A stretch of 64,000 bases of DNA from an uncultured Acidobacteriota bacterium (GCA_963804995.1 CAWDSK010000005.1:1184001-1248000); one strand, 5' to 3'; shown: positions 54,222 through 63,479, counted from the first letter of the stretch. Numbers and translations are program-made. The notes: generated from the sequence alone by a model not told the origin.

Positions 54222-54600
54222 CGAGTCGGCGATATAGAAATGCCTCGCTGGCGCTTCGCGCTCGATTGGCGCCCTCGGCATTCGGAGACGGCATTATGGC
54301 AACGTTAACAAACAGGTTTGCCAGGGGAGAATCTACCCCATCGCGCACCAAGCGACGCACGCTCAAGGCGTATTGGCTCTTCCACTCGGGATCGATGGGG
54401 AGAGGCACGTCCGCAGGCCAGCCGGGCACGGCGCTGCCCGGAAGCTGGATCCTGTAGCCAATCGCCTCATAGCCGCGACAACGGCGATCGAACATCCGCG
54501 CCAGCATCGGCACGTTGAGATCGGCGTAGTCGTAGACGCGCACTTCGCGCTTGCCGTCGTACAGGCGATGCAGCCTGCCCACGTATTGCGCGATGGTCCC
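54222..54600 (-). pseudogene. Middle fragment (SF2 helicase motif VI onward) of the TOTE-type primase-helicase gene
   Basis: GTIAQYVGRLHRLYDGKREVRVYDYAD...ARSASEAFLYRRL. Confidence 0.75.
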
Positions 54601-54773
54601 GTGTTACGAAACAATTGCTCCAACCGGCAGGCTGGCTTTGCTTTCATTGCAAACTGAGATAATCTTGCCGCGCGCTGTTCGTCAGCCCGGTTCCGTTAGT
54701 GAAAACCGATCTGAGGGCCCAGCATGGGACAATGCGCCTCGAATTTCGAAGATGCAGCTGAAGGGAGGTTACC

Positions 54774-56609
54774 ATGGTAAGGAAGGAAGACTGCCTACGA
54801 GCTGTTAAGGCCTTCCGGGCAAAGCAGGGCATCGAGGCGAGTGACGACAATGTAATCGCCTCGATTCACCTCATGAATGCCCATGGTCTCGACATTGCCG
54901 CCGCTCTGGACCAGAGCTCGAGAGCTGGTGACGACCATGGAATCGACGCTTGGCATTACGATGATGCGAATCAGGAGCTCTTCATCTACCAAAGCAAGTT
55001 AAGCGAGAGCAAAAGCTTGGTGCTGCGAGGTTTGGACGACCTCGACAGAGCCCGACAGTGGCTTGAGCCTGTTGTCATCGATGGGGCGGTGGAAAAGGTC
55101 CCCAGCGATAACCACTGCCTATTCACCCTTTACACCCACTTGGCCGGCGTTCGGGCGAATCTGAGGCGGATTCGCTTCGCCCTTTTATCCCTTTTCGACA
55201 GGAACGAGCTTGAGGACACTGACGACTACGGCGAGTTCGAAAAAGCAATCATCGGCTCTAGGTTAAACGAGCATGTGAGAAGCAACCTGAGGGGGAAACT
55301 CGTCATTGACGCCATGCAATACAACCTTGAGCAAGGCGTTCCAGCCAAGGTAAAGGTTTATCCGATCTCTGTCATCCCAAATGCACGCTTATGCCTTAGA
55401 AGGACCGCTCACCTGGATTTGGCGTATATCAGTCTCTACGATCTCGTCCAGCTATACCGGCAAAGGGGGGACGTTTTGTTTGACAAAAACGTGAGGCTTT
55501 CCTTGATCGGCAGTAAGGAGGCTCGCCAGCGTCTAGTCCACCCTATGGAGGAAACCCTCGACCTCATCACCTCCGGGAAGCTCAATCCGAACATTTTCCC
55601 TTTTTATCATGTAGGTGTAACGATTGCCGCACCGGCTTCCGCACCCGAAGATTCGGACGTGCTCGGGTTAGAAGCGCCGAGCATCATCAACGGTTGTCAA
55701 ACGCTGGCAATCGCCAACGAATACTTGAAGCGGCTAGAGAGAGCCCAAAGCGATGGCGAGAGGATGCGACTTTTCAGAGACATAAAGGTCATTGCTAAAG
55801 TGGTTGTCGGAACATCTAATGAAGAGCTCAAGGAAATCACCAACTCGAATAACAGACAGAACCCGATCGAGAACTGGCAGCTTTTCTCAAATGAACCCCT
55901 ACATATCGAGATCGAGGCAGCCCTGAAGGAGATAGGGGTTTTCTACGAGCGCCAAAGAGGGAAGTTCGACGCAGTCATGAAGATCGCGGACAACGCCCAA
56001 CACTACTACGCGACGAACGGCACTTTCATTAAGGTCGTCGATCTTGGCCAAGTCGTTGCATTGTCCAGGGAGAATCTCCAATGGGCAGCGAAGCCCTCTG
56101 AGATTTTCCTCAATAAAGACAACCACGACAAAATATTTGAACGCTCAATCCCGAAGTATGGCCGTGACATTATTTTCGTTTCAAACCTCTTCAAGGCAAT
56201 GAAGAGGGCGCTTGATAATTACTTAAGCATGCCTGCTTACGCCGCCGACGGGGCCGCGCAGAACATCTTCAAGAAACAGATCGTCCGAATGCATGTCTTC
56301 GCTCTCGCCCTGCTACATTTCTATCAGAGCGATAGGCGTCGGGCTGTCCGGACGGACTTCTCCCACCGGCTGAATAAGATCGCGAGCCCCAACCTGACCA
56401 CGGAGATAGAGACCTTCTACCGACAGGTCATAGCCAAGGTCAAGAATTGGTACTTGACCGAATCCAATGGTCTCACACAAGAGGTATCCAATAGAAAGCT
56501 AGATGTTTTTTTCCAGCATTTGGCCGTTGAACTTGGTGTAGACGCCATCGAGGGCGCGAGACCGTTCTCTTCAACAAGTATAAAGTGGGCCGAGCACCAA
56601 GAGGCATAG
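54774..56609 (+). CDS. AIPR-family (abortive infection phage resistance) protein
   Basis: DHGIDAW, QSK, LFDKNVR, IINGCQT, ITNSNNRQNPI, FYERQRG; SD GGGAGG; lower GC than the flanks. Confidence 0.8.
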   Translation: MVRKEDCLRAVKAFRAKQGIEASDDNVIASIHLMNAHGLDIAAALDQSSRAGDDHGIDAWHYDDANQELFIYQSKLSESKSLVLRGLDDLDRARQWLEPVVIDGAVEKVPSDNHCLFTLYTHLAGVRANLRRIRFALLSLFDRNELEDTDDYGEFEKAIIGSRLNEHVRSNLRGKLVIDAMQYNLEQGVPAKVKVYPISVIPNARLCLRRTAHLDLAYISLYDLVQLYRQRGDVLFDKNVRLSLIGSKEARQRLVHPMEETLDLITSGKLNPNIFPFYHVGVTIAAPASAPEDSDVLGLEAPSIINGCQTLAIANEYLKRLERAQSDGERMRLFRDIKVIAKVVVGTSNEELKEITNSNNRQNPIENWQLFSNEPLHIEIEAALKEIGVFYERQRGKFDAVMKIADNAQHYYATNGTFIKVVDLGQVVALSRENLQWAAKPSEIFLNKDNHDKIFERSIPKYGRDIIFVSNLFKAMKRALDNYLSMPAYAADGAAQNIFKKQIVRMHVFALALLHFYQSDRRRAVRTDFSHRLNKIASPNLTTEIETFYRQVIAKVKNWYLTESNGLTQEVSNRKLDVFFQHLAVELGVDAIEGARPFSSTSIKWAEHQEA

Positions 56610-56639
56610 CAGAAGCCCCTCTGTGCAATGCGCGTGTTG

Positions 56640-57305
56640 TCATGCCTCATTGCGCGGCGGGGCCATAAGGTTGCCGAAGCCGCCTTGCGGAAGAGTATCT
56701 TGATTGGGAAAAAAACGGTCGTAGGAATCTAGCGCAATGTCGGGACGGCGTTCCATAGTTTCCGTCAGAATGTGCGCCCCCATCTTGCGCGCCAAGTTAG
56801 CAGGAACGGCTTCGTTGAAGAAGAACCAAATAGGCCCGCCTTTCCCTGACCGCGAACGCTCCAAGGCTACCGGCAAGTTCATCTGGCGGCAAGTTTCCAA
56901 GAACGTAGCGGCATCGTCTTGCCACGCCGCTTTGTCGAAATCGGCCGCCAGGAAGAAACAGGTTTCATCCAGAAGCATTGGATAGAGGCCCATAACGAAA
57001 TCACGGCCCTGGTTGTCTTGACCTCTCAGGTGCCACCGAATCGCATCGTCAGTTACGGGAAGAAAACGCTGGTGGGGGCATTCGGAACATTTGATTCTGG
57101 GCTTTTCGCAGATTCCCTGAACCCATTCATTGCCACACACCGGCGAATAGCCGGCCCTGCCCGTCTTGCGGCTTTCGAAACGGCGCGGGTAAACATCTTC
57201 GCGCCCACGAAACAGGGAACGGAAGAGGGCGATCTTGGCCTCGGCGGGGGAACGTTGATTCACGCCAATGTGCGCCAAGTCAGGAAGCCGGACAGGTGTA
57301 TCCAC
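56640..57305 (-). pseudogene. N-terminal archaeo-eukaryotic-primase-like (TOTE) domain of a split primase-helicase gene
   Basis: KIALFRSLFRGREDVYP, FLAADFDK, LERSRSGKG, SYDRFFPNQD, GFGNL, then a premature end. Confidence 0.8.
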
Positions 57306-57606
57306 AACCCTATTCTACATTCGCATCTCCCGTGGGGTTCAAGCACAATCGGATGCCCAGCGGAGCCACTGGCCGAAGTGGGGGTTGGTGTGTGCGGAGT
57401 CCATCACGGAGGATTTGCCCCGACAGCTAATCTGAGATGTCGTGCTCCTATTGGATACTGGCTACTCCATGCGGTGAATTGAGTGGTAAAGCGTCCGGGT
57501 TCCAACCCGAAGGCCGACCCGATGCTGAACGAATTCACAAGCACTTAACGGAGTTAGCAGCCCCCGTGAGCACCTGTAAGTTATGGAAACATCAATGGAC
57601 TGCGGA

Positions 57607-57649
57607 TTGACACGGTAGAGGTCTGCGGTTCAAGATCGCTCGCCTAGCA
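57607..57649 (+). other. Degenerate 3' half of tRNA-Val(GAC); att-site-like
   Basis: TTGACACGGTAGAGGTCTGCGGTTCAAG...CTAGCA gives anticodon loop, variable loop and T-loop. No 5' half upstream. Confidence 0.7.
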
Positions 57650-57738
57650 TCTGCCAGCGAATGCGGCCCATGGATGCTTGAGAAGCTGAATTGCGGCGAA
57701 GGCGAGGCGCACGCGTGCGTGAGAACAGACATACGACT

Positions 57739-58560
57739 TCACCAAGAATTCAGTTCGTGCTTCCGATCCAATACGGACGCAGGCTTTTCCGAGACAAACG
57801 GGTCGATCCGGTCGGCCTGCTTTGTCGCCCACTCGATCCATGCCTTATAATGCGGCTGCTTCTCGGCAGACAAGGAACGGGTTTTCTCGGCATAAGCTGA
57901 AATGAATCGACGCAGCCGTTCCGCACGCTCCCACAGATCGACCCACTTGTTGAATTGCTCCAGCTTCTTCTCCTCTTCTTCGATGTCTTTCCGGAGATGC
58001 GCCCTCTCCTGCGCACGTTTTTGCTGTTCGGCCTCGCGCTTTTTGCGCTCCTCCTCTTGGCGCCGTTGCGCGACAGCGGTTCGCATCAGTCCGGCCACGA
58101 AATCCGCGACGTGGTTCTCGATCCGCTTGACTTTTGCGTCACTCCATCTTGCCCGTTGTTCGTAATGTACCCATGTCTCCGAGTGAATGACCAGCGCGAG
58201 CTTTCCCCCGGGTTCATGTGTCACGATTTCGTCGTAATCCCATCGATCGGTCGGATTGGGCACTCGCGGCTTCTGTGTAACGACTCTCCGGATTGGCTCC
58301 TCGATCCCGAAGGACACGTGCTCACCATCGATCAAGGCCGTTGTGCGGCCTTGCTCCGAGATTTCAACACTGGCGCCCTGCCGTTCCAGCACAGCCAAGA
58401 CCTGGGCCATTAGGAGCAAGGCACGTTCCAGCGTTCCCTCGCTCACCTTCACGTCAAGACCACTTGCCTCTCGCGGCAGGAGGATGCCGTGTTCATCCTT
58501 GCGGCTGCGACTTCGCAAGAGGCTTGCGGTGTGCCGAATCAGCGGATTGGGAATCGCAAG
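57739..58560 (-). pseudogene. Conserved-looking hypothetical protein with C-terminal coiled coil; 5' end lost
   Basis: 259-aa ORF with coding-like composition, abutting the truncated AbiEii. Confidence 0.55.
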
Positions 58561-58922
58561 CCGTGTGCGGGCGCTCCCGTCGCTGCTTCTGTTGGTTCAC
58601 TGACTTGGAACTCAAACCAGTCGTCAAAGACAAGGGAAGCCACCCCTCGGAGATGGGCGGTAGTCTCTTCACGGGTCCAGCGGTTGGTTGCCGAAACGTC
58701 GATATCTTTGGTCGTTCGGGCCCGAGTGCCGAGCCGCAGTTGGAGAGCAAATCCGCCCTTGACGATCCATGCTTCAGGCTCCTTCTTTGCCAGCCGAGCC
58801 AAGAAGCGGTCGAACGCGACTATCTTCCGCAGGCGCGTCAATGGCTGTCCGCCTTCGAGGCTCTGTTGCCGAAACCGTTCTTCCAAGGCACGACGGAATG
58901 CCGCTGATGTTTTGTATTTCAC
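58539..58922 (-). pseudogene. abiEii: AbiEii/AbiGii nucleotidyltransferase toxin, C-terminally truncated
   Basis: FRRALEER, FDRFLARL, VKGGFAL, RTTKDID; only 127 aa. Confidence 0.8.
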
Positions 58923-59524
58923 GAATGATCTTTTGTCGATTTCGAATAAGACTTGATTAGACGGGCGGCCCGGCCTCCCCGATGCCTCACTTCAGCCGCG
59001 AGCGCTTGGCTCGTGGTGAGTCCGCGTTCGAGCGCTTCCCGTATGGCGCGGGCAACATGATCTTCAGAAAGCCCTGCCTTGGCCACATCGGCTATAGTGC
59101 GTGGGACTGAAGTAACCTGCAGCCCTTCGCGCTTCACGAGATTAGCAGGCGACAGGCGATTCGTGTGCAGGCGAAATCCCTTTCGTCTGCGCGAGGCGGT
59201 ACGTGGAACGGTGACATGAACTTCCCCAGGGAGGACGTCAGACAGGTCGTACAGGGCAAGGGCGCTTTCGTGCGAGATGGCAGACTTCGGGCCACACTTC
59301 AGCCAAGCCACAAATAGATCCTCGAATTGGGAAGAAGGAAATTGGGCCAGGCGATATACTCCATGCGCGACCCTTTGGAAGCGTCCATTTTTCGAATAAT
59401 CGCTCAGACGCTCCCCCGAGAAGCCCACCCTGGCCGCCTGACGAGCGGTGAAGTATCCTGCCTGCTGCTCCGCGAGATGATAGAGAGCATCGTGATCGGG
59501 CGTTTTCTTGGCCACGGTTGTCAT
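58919..59524 (-). CDS. abiEi: Type IV TA antitoxin AbiEi
   Basis: AEQQAGYFTARQA, RVAHGVYRL, ISHESAL, VTSVPRTIAD; ATGA-coupled to the toxin. Confidence 0.88.
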   Translation of the reverse strand: MTTVAKKTPDHDALYHLAEQQAGYFTARQAARVGFSGERLSDYSKNGRFQRVAHGVYRLAQFPSSQFEDLFVAWLKCGPKSAISHESALALYDLSDVLPGEVHVTVPRTASRRRKGFRLHTNRLSPANLVKREGLQVTSVPRTIADVAKAGLSEDHVARAIREALERGLTTSQALAAEVRHRGGRAARLIKSYSKSTKDHS

Positions 59525-59593
59525 TGTGTGCAAAACCTTCGGAAATACCTAAGTTTCTGCACACATTATGCCCGAATAAAGCATGCTCGTCCA
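59525..59593 (-). promoter_or_regulatory. abiE promoter (TGGACG-17-CATAAT) with inverted-repeat operator
   Basis: TGTGTGCAAAACCTT (59525-59539) and AAGTTTCTGCACACA (59551-59565) are 13/15 complementary, between the -10 box and the ATG. Confidence 0.65.
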
Positions 59594-59695
59594 GCCTGTT
59601 TAACGCCGCGTTTTCAGGTTTCAGAGTAGATTTATCTGGATCCTCGTTACTTCCTCTGCTGTCGTGGCCGCTGCCGCGCTTCTGGCCAGCTACAT

Positions 59696-60178
59696 CCCGT
59701 AGTATCCAAATACTGGATCCTTTTGAAAGCGCAGATGGATAGTGAATCCGCTGACAGCGGGTGCGGGGGTGTCATGACACTTTGCCGCCGTGTTACGCTG
59801 ACACGATGCGCCCGACGTTGGATTCCTTTCGACTGCTGCTGATTTCCCTCGCGGGCTGGCTGAACCCCCAGCAGCAAGACGTCATCGACTACCTCCAGGA
59901 AGAGAACCGAGTTCTTCGGGAACAACTCGGCGATCGATGGCTGCGCCTGAACGACGACCAGCGCCGGCGTTTGGCAGTCAAGGCCAAGAAACTGGGCCGC
60001 AGGGTGCTGCACGAACTGGCCACCCTCGTTACGCCGGAGACGCTCTTGGCTTGGTGCCGCAAGCTCATCGCCCGGAAATACGATGGCAGCCAGCAGCGTG
60101 GCCCTGGTCGTCCGCGCACCCCAAACGAGATCCAACAGTTGGTGGTCCGCATGGCCACCGAGAACCGCGCTGGGGGCT
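59696..60178 (+). mobile_element. Truncated second copy (left 483 bp) of the IS at 50318
   Basis: Near-identical to 50318-50800, with about five substitutions by eye. Confidence 0.92.
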
Positions 60179-60994
60179 TATGTCGCGACACCCATCGAGG
60201 TCGCAGGAGCTTATACGATTTTCGCCGATCGCGGTGAGTACGTCGCACCCCGGTGCATTGTGGCCGTCGCCGACGCCCACGGCCGCACCGTTTGGAACAA
60301 TCCTGTCAGCGCCCGCCGGGTGCTTGATTCGCGCGTCAGTTATTTGATGGTGAGTTTGCTCGAAAGCGTCATCAACAACGGCACTGGGGCAGGCGTGAGG
60401 GCCCGTGGCTTCAACCTTCCTGCCGCAGGGAAGACCGGCACTTCACATGACGGCTGGTTTGCCGGATTCACCTCGAACCTCCTCGCCGTGGTTTGGGTTG
60501 GCTACGACGACGACCGCGACCTGAAAATGACCGGCGCGCAGTCCGCTCTGCCCGTCTGGGCCGAATTCATGAAGCGGACGACTGAATTATCCCTTTACAA
60601 GACCTCACAACCCTTCAATAAGCCTGAAGGGATAGAGATGGCCGAGATTGACAATCTCACCAACCTTGTAGCGCTCGCCGATCCAATCTTGACGCACAGC
60701 GAGGTGTTCATTGCGGGTACGGAGCCGTTCCCACCCGTTCAGCAAGAACCAGCGGACATAGCTCTGGGGCCGCTGGGCTACCCCTCGACTACACTGGCGA
60801 GGAAGGAATCACCGCAGCGGGCGGACGGGATTGTCCTGATTTCCGACGCGCAGGGGCATAAGGTTTACGTCAATGGCGGAGACCTGCTCTCCCCCCGGCC
60901 CGAGCATCGGCTCGCGCCCGCTTGCCCCCACCCCGCCCTCGGTGGCTTGATAGGAATCGCAGGTGCGACCGACGCTCAAGCTTGTCCAAATTAG
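60167..60994 (+). pseudogene. C-terminal transpeptidase fragment of a class A penicillin-binding protein
   Basis: [49 protein letters not shown]. Confidence 0.82.
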
Positions 60995-61034
60995 CAAATT
61001 CCACGAGCGGTCAGCGGGCTGGACCCTGGCACGC

Positions 61035-61057
61035 ATTCAGCCACTAAGTGGCTGAAT
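61035..61057. repeat. Perfect palindrome ATTCAGCCACT-A-AGTGGCTGAAT between convergent genes
   Basis: 11-bp perfect arms seen directly. Confidence 0.6.
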
Positions 61058-61174
61058 TCTGGAGTTTGTACATTTCGGATGTGGATTTCGCCGCCTCGGC
61101 CCCCATCACGGCCCACCCCAGAAGCGCGGTTCGGGCGTTTCTCGTCAAAGTGAATTATATCCGTGCGGATCGTC

Positions 61175-62596
61175 TCATCGTGCTCTTAAGAGCGCGCTCG
61201 AATCCGGCCGAGTACCAGTGACTTCAATGCCGTAGGTATCGCCAAGCGCGATTAGTTCCGGAAACTGACATTCGGGGTGGCAGGGTTTGAACTCTGGAGG
61301 TTCCATGTGGCTCCCGACGAAGTGGTAGAGTTGCGCCCCTGGGTTGGACAGATTCAATGGGGCCAGGGTCAGCGCAAGCATTTGAAGCATCTGCATGCTG
61401 GCGCAGGACATCGAAAAAGCAAAAACGTTCTCTCGGACTTTTAAGGGATGGTCGTTAAGCAAGCCTTCAATGTAAGTGGGGTCGTCGAGGAACCCCTCGC
61501 GTTCGGCTTGAACTAGCCCGGGATCGTACTGCCGGTGGCATTGCAAGCAACGGCGTCCGATTGTCGCTGTGTGCGCTTTCCAGTCGGCTGCGACCAGCTT
61601 CCCGAAACGATTGGTTCTGACGCCGATTCCGCCGTCAATGACCGGTATCAGGTGAGCGTAGGCGATGAGGTTCAAGACGTAGCGGCCCCATGGTCGATCC
61701 ACACACGAAAAGATAACATCACTATCGAGCGCAGCGCGAAAGCCATCTTCCTCATAGACGGCGGCTGCAACGGGATCAGGGCGGAAGCGCTTCGTCGTTG
61801 CCCGCGCCGATAGATGCTCGGTCTCAACGTCGACCTTGAGGCGGCCAATGTCCTTTCGGGTGGCATAAACCAGCCGGTCCAGGTTATGCCGTTTGACATG
61901 GTCGAAGTCAATCAAGATTATGTTTTCGAAGCCGGTGCGAGCTAACGCCTCAGCGACCATACCGCCGACACTTCCGGCACCCACGATCGCGATTCGGAGC
62001 CGGACAAGATCAGTGTGTGCCTGCTCACCCCATGCAGATACGGTTCGGACCTGCTCCTCACTGGATTCTGGGGGCCTTGCCAACCTATCCATGTAGGTAA
62101 CCATAAGGCGCTCGCCGACTATACGCACAGTGGCGCAGTGCCGCCGCAGGTAGGTCCGAGGGGCGCTCCGCTCCCAGAACCTGGCGCTCCAGGCGCCATC
62201 GCCGGCCAAGGTTAAACCTACAAGCGGAAGCCGCGTGGCGCCGAAGACCGCAGGGGCGAGACTCTGCTCGGTTGTGATGTCATCGAAGCTCATCCCCTGC
62301 CACTTGATTCCGTTGGGATGGCTGTGCATGAGTGCAAGCCCACCAGCTTCAGACGTGGCCTCAGCTAGTGCCCGCTGAAAGAAGACCGTCTCAAGACTGG
62401 CATTGCCGTGAATGTTGCGATCTCCGTTGCCTGGAAGAATGAGACGTTTGACCAGCGCGGTTTTCCGCTCCCGTCCCCTGCTCGGGCACCATATGGCGAA
62501 GCAGAGGTCTTCCTGACCGTCCCAGCGTAGGAGGTGGTCGCGAGCGACTTGATTGATCGCCGTTGTCATTGCGGAACTGTGTGCGGCACGGCTCAT
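61175..62596 (-). CDS. JAB/JAMM metallopeptidase fused to a ThiF/E1 ubiquitin-activating-like enzyme
   Basis: QEDLCFA...LMHSHP...MSFDD (JAMM); GAGSVG, DFDHVKRHNLDRL, CVDRPWGR, CLQC and CHPEC. The ATG overlaps the upstream stop. Confidence 0.85.
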   Translation of the reverse strand: MSRAAHSSAMTTAINQVARDHLLRWDGQEDLCFAIWCPSRGRERKTALVKRLILPGNGDRNIHGNASLETVFFQRALAEATSEAGGLALMHSHPNGIKWQGMSFDDITTEQSLAPAVFGATRLPLVGLTLAGDGAWSARFWERSAPRTYLRRHCATVRIVGERLMVTYMDRLARPPESSEEQVRTVSAWGEQAHTDLVRLRIAIVGAGSVGGMVAEALARTGFENIILIDFDHVKRHNLDRLVYATRKDIGRLKVDVETEHLSARATTKRFRPDPVAAAVYEEDGFRAALDSDVIFSCVDRPWGRYVLNLIAYAHLIPVIDGGIGVRTNRFGKLVAADWKAHTATIGRRCLQCHRQYDPGLVQAEREGFLDDPTYIEGLLNDHPLKVRENVFAFSMSCASMQMLQMLALTLAPLNLSNPGAQLYHFVGSHMEPPEFKPCHPECQFPELIALGDTYGIEVTGTRPDSSALLRAR

Positions 62597-63414
62597 TGGG
62601 TTTCCCATAAGGAATAGATGTGGCTCATATAGGCAACCGTCGTCTTCTTGCTGGTTGCCCAGTCTGGGTATGGGCGCGACCAGTACTCCCAATCTCCGCC
62701 CGTACCCTGCTGGAAGGCTCCTGACTGCGATTCGTGGACGCCTCCTAGCGGATGGCCAACGTCGGCGGCGGGGTGAGCAGGATAGATACGTGGGGAGACG
62801 TGGGGACCGGTCGGTGTAGTCATGGGAAAATCGGACGGCACGACGAAGCCTAGTCGCACCGAGCGGCCGCTGAAGCGACCGCTCGGAACGGGGTAATCAA
62901 GAACGACGTGGTTGGGTTTACCCTGCAGAAGCTTCGGGTTATATCCCATTGCGCGTAGCCCGTCCAAAAAGACCTCGACGCCAGTGAGGATCGGACCGTA
63001 AGAAACGGGTTTCGGCCCCGTGGAGACGATCTGAAAGTTCATGCAGTTGTGCATTTTGATTGGCACGCCGCCTTTACCCTGGTAACTCTCGGTATGGCCG
63101 GCAATGATCTGAACGAGATAGTGGTCTGCAGGGTCTTTCTTGCCGAACTCCACAATGATTTGGTTCGGGGTAAGCTCGTGTTTTGTTGTCTCGCAGGGCT
63201 CACCGTCAACTTCGAAATGAATTTCCTGGTGGTGGTGCTCCTCTGCTTCGTGAATCTCTTGCGCTGCCGCCTCAATTTCACGTGCGGCGATTTTTTCAGC
63301 TCCTTGCGCGGCTGTCAGATCTGCTTCCGCCTGCTGTAAGTGCGCCTCTGCCATCTGGAGCTCAGTGCGTGTATCCCGGCCCTCATTCCTGCTAACATCT
63401 TGATTTTCTGGCAT
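62593..63414 (-). CDS. Coiled coil + ubiquitin-like (multi-ubiquitin-type) domain + prokaryotic E2-like domain fusion
   Basis: SD AAGGAG; Ala/Glu helix; IHFEVDGEP..LTPNQII..HYLV..PIKMHNCMNF (Ubl-like); PSDFPMTTP and WEYWSRP (E2-like). Confidence 0.72.
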   Translation of the reverse strand: MPENQDVSRNEGRDTRTELQMAEAHLQQAEADLTAAQGAEKIAAREIEAAAQEIHEAEEHHHQEIHFEVDGEPCETTKHELTPNQIIVEFGKKDPADHYLVQIIAGHTESYQGKGGVPIKMHNCMNFQIVSTGPKPVSYGPILTGVEVFLDGLRAMGYNPKLLQGKPNHVVLDYPVPSGRFSGRSVRLGFVVPSDFPMTTPTGPHVSPRIYPAHPAADVGHPLGGVHESQSGAFQQGTGGDWEYWSRPYPDWATSKKTTVAYMSHIYSLWETQ

Positions 63415-63479
63415 GTTATTCTCCTTTTTCGTACCGGTGGTAGACCCGCCTTCAATACTCAATCGGTTTGGCCGGAGTT

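Noticed and set aside
57607..57649. Functional tRNA gene
   Set aside because: No acceptor 5' strand or D-arm; T-stem and 3' end are degenerate.
61175..62596. ThiF/MoeB cofactor-biosynthesis gene or CBASS Cap2/Cap3
   Set aside because: No thiamine/molybdopterin genes and no CD-NTase or effector in view; the partner is a Ubl-E2 fusion.
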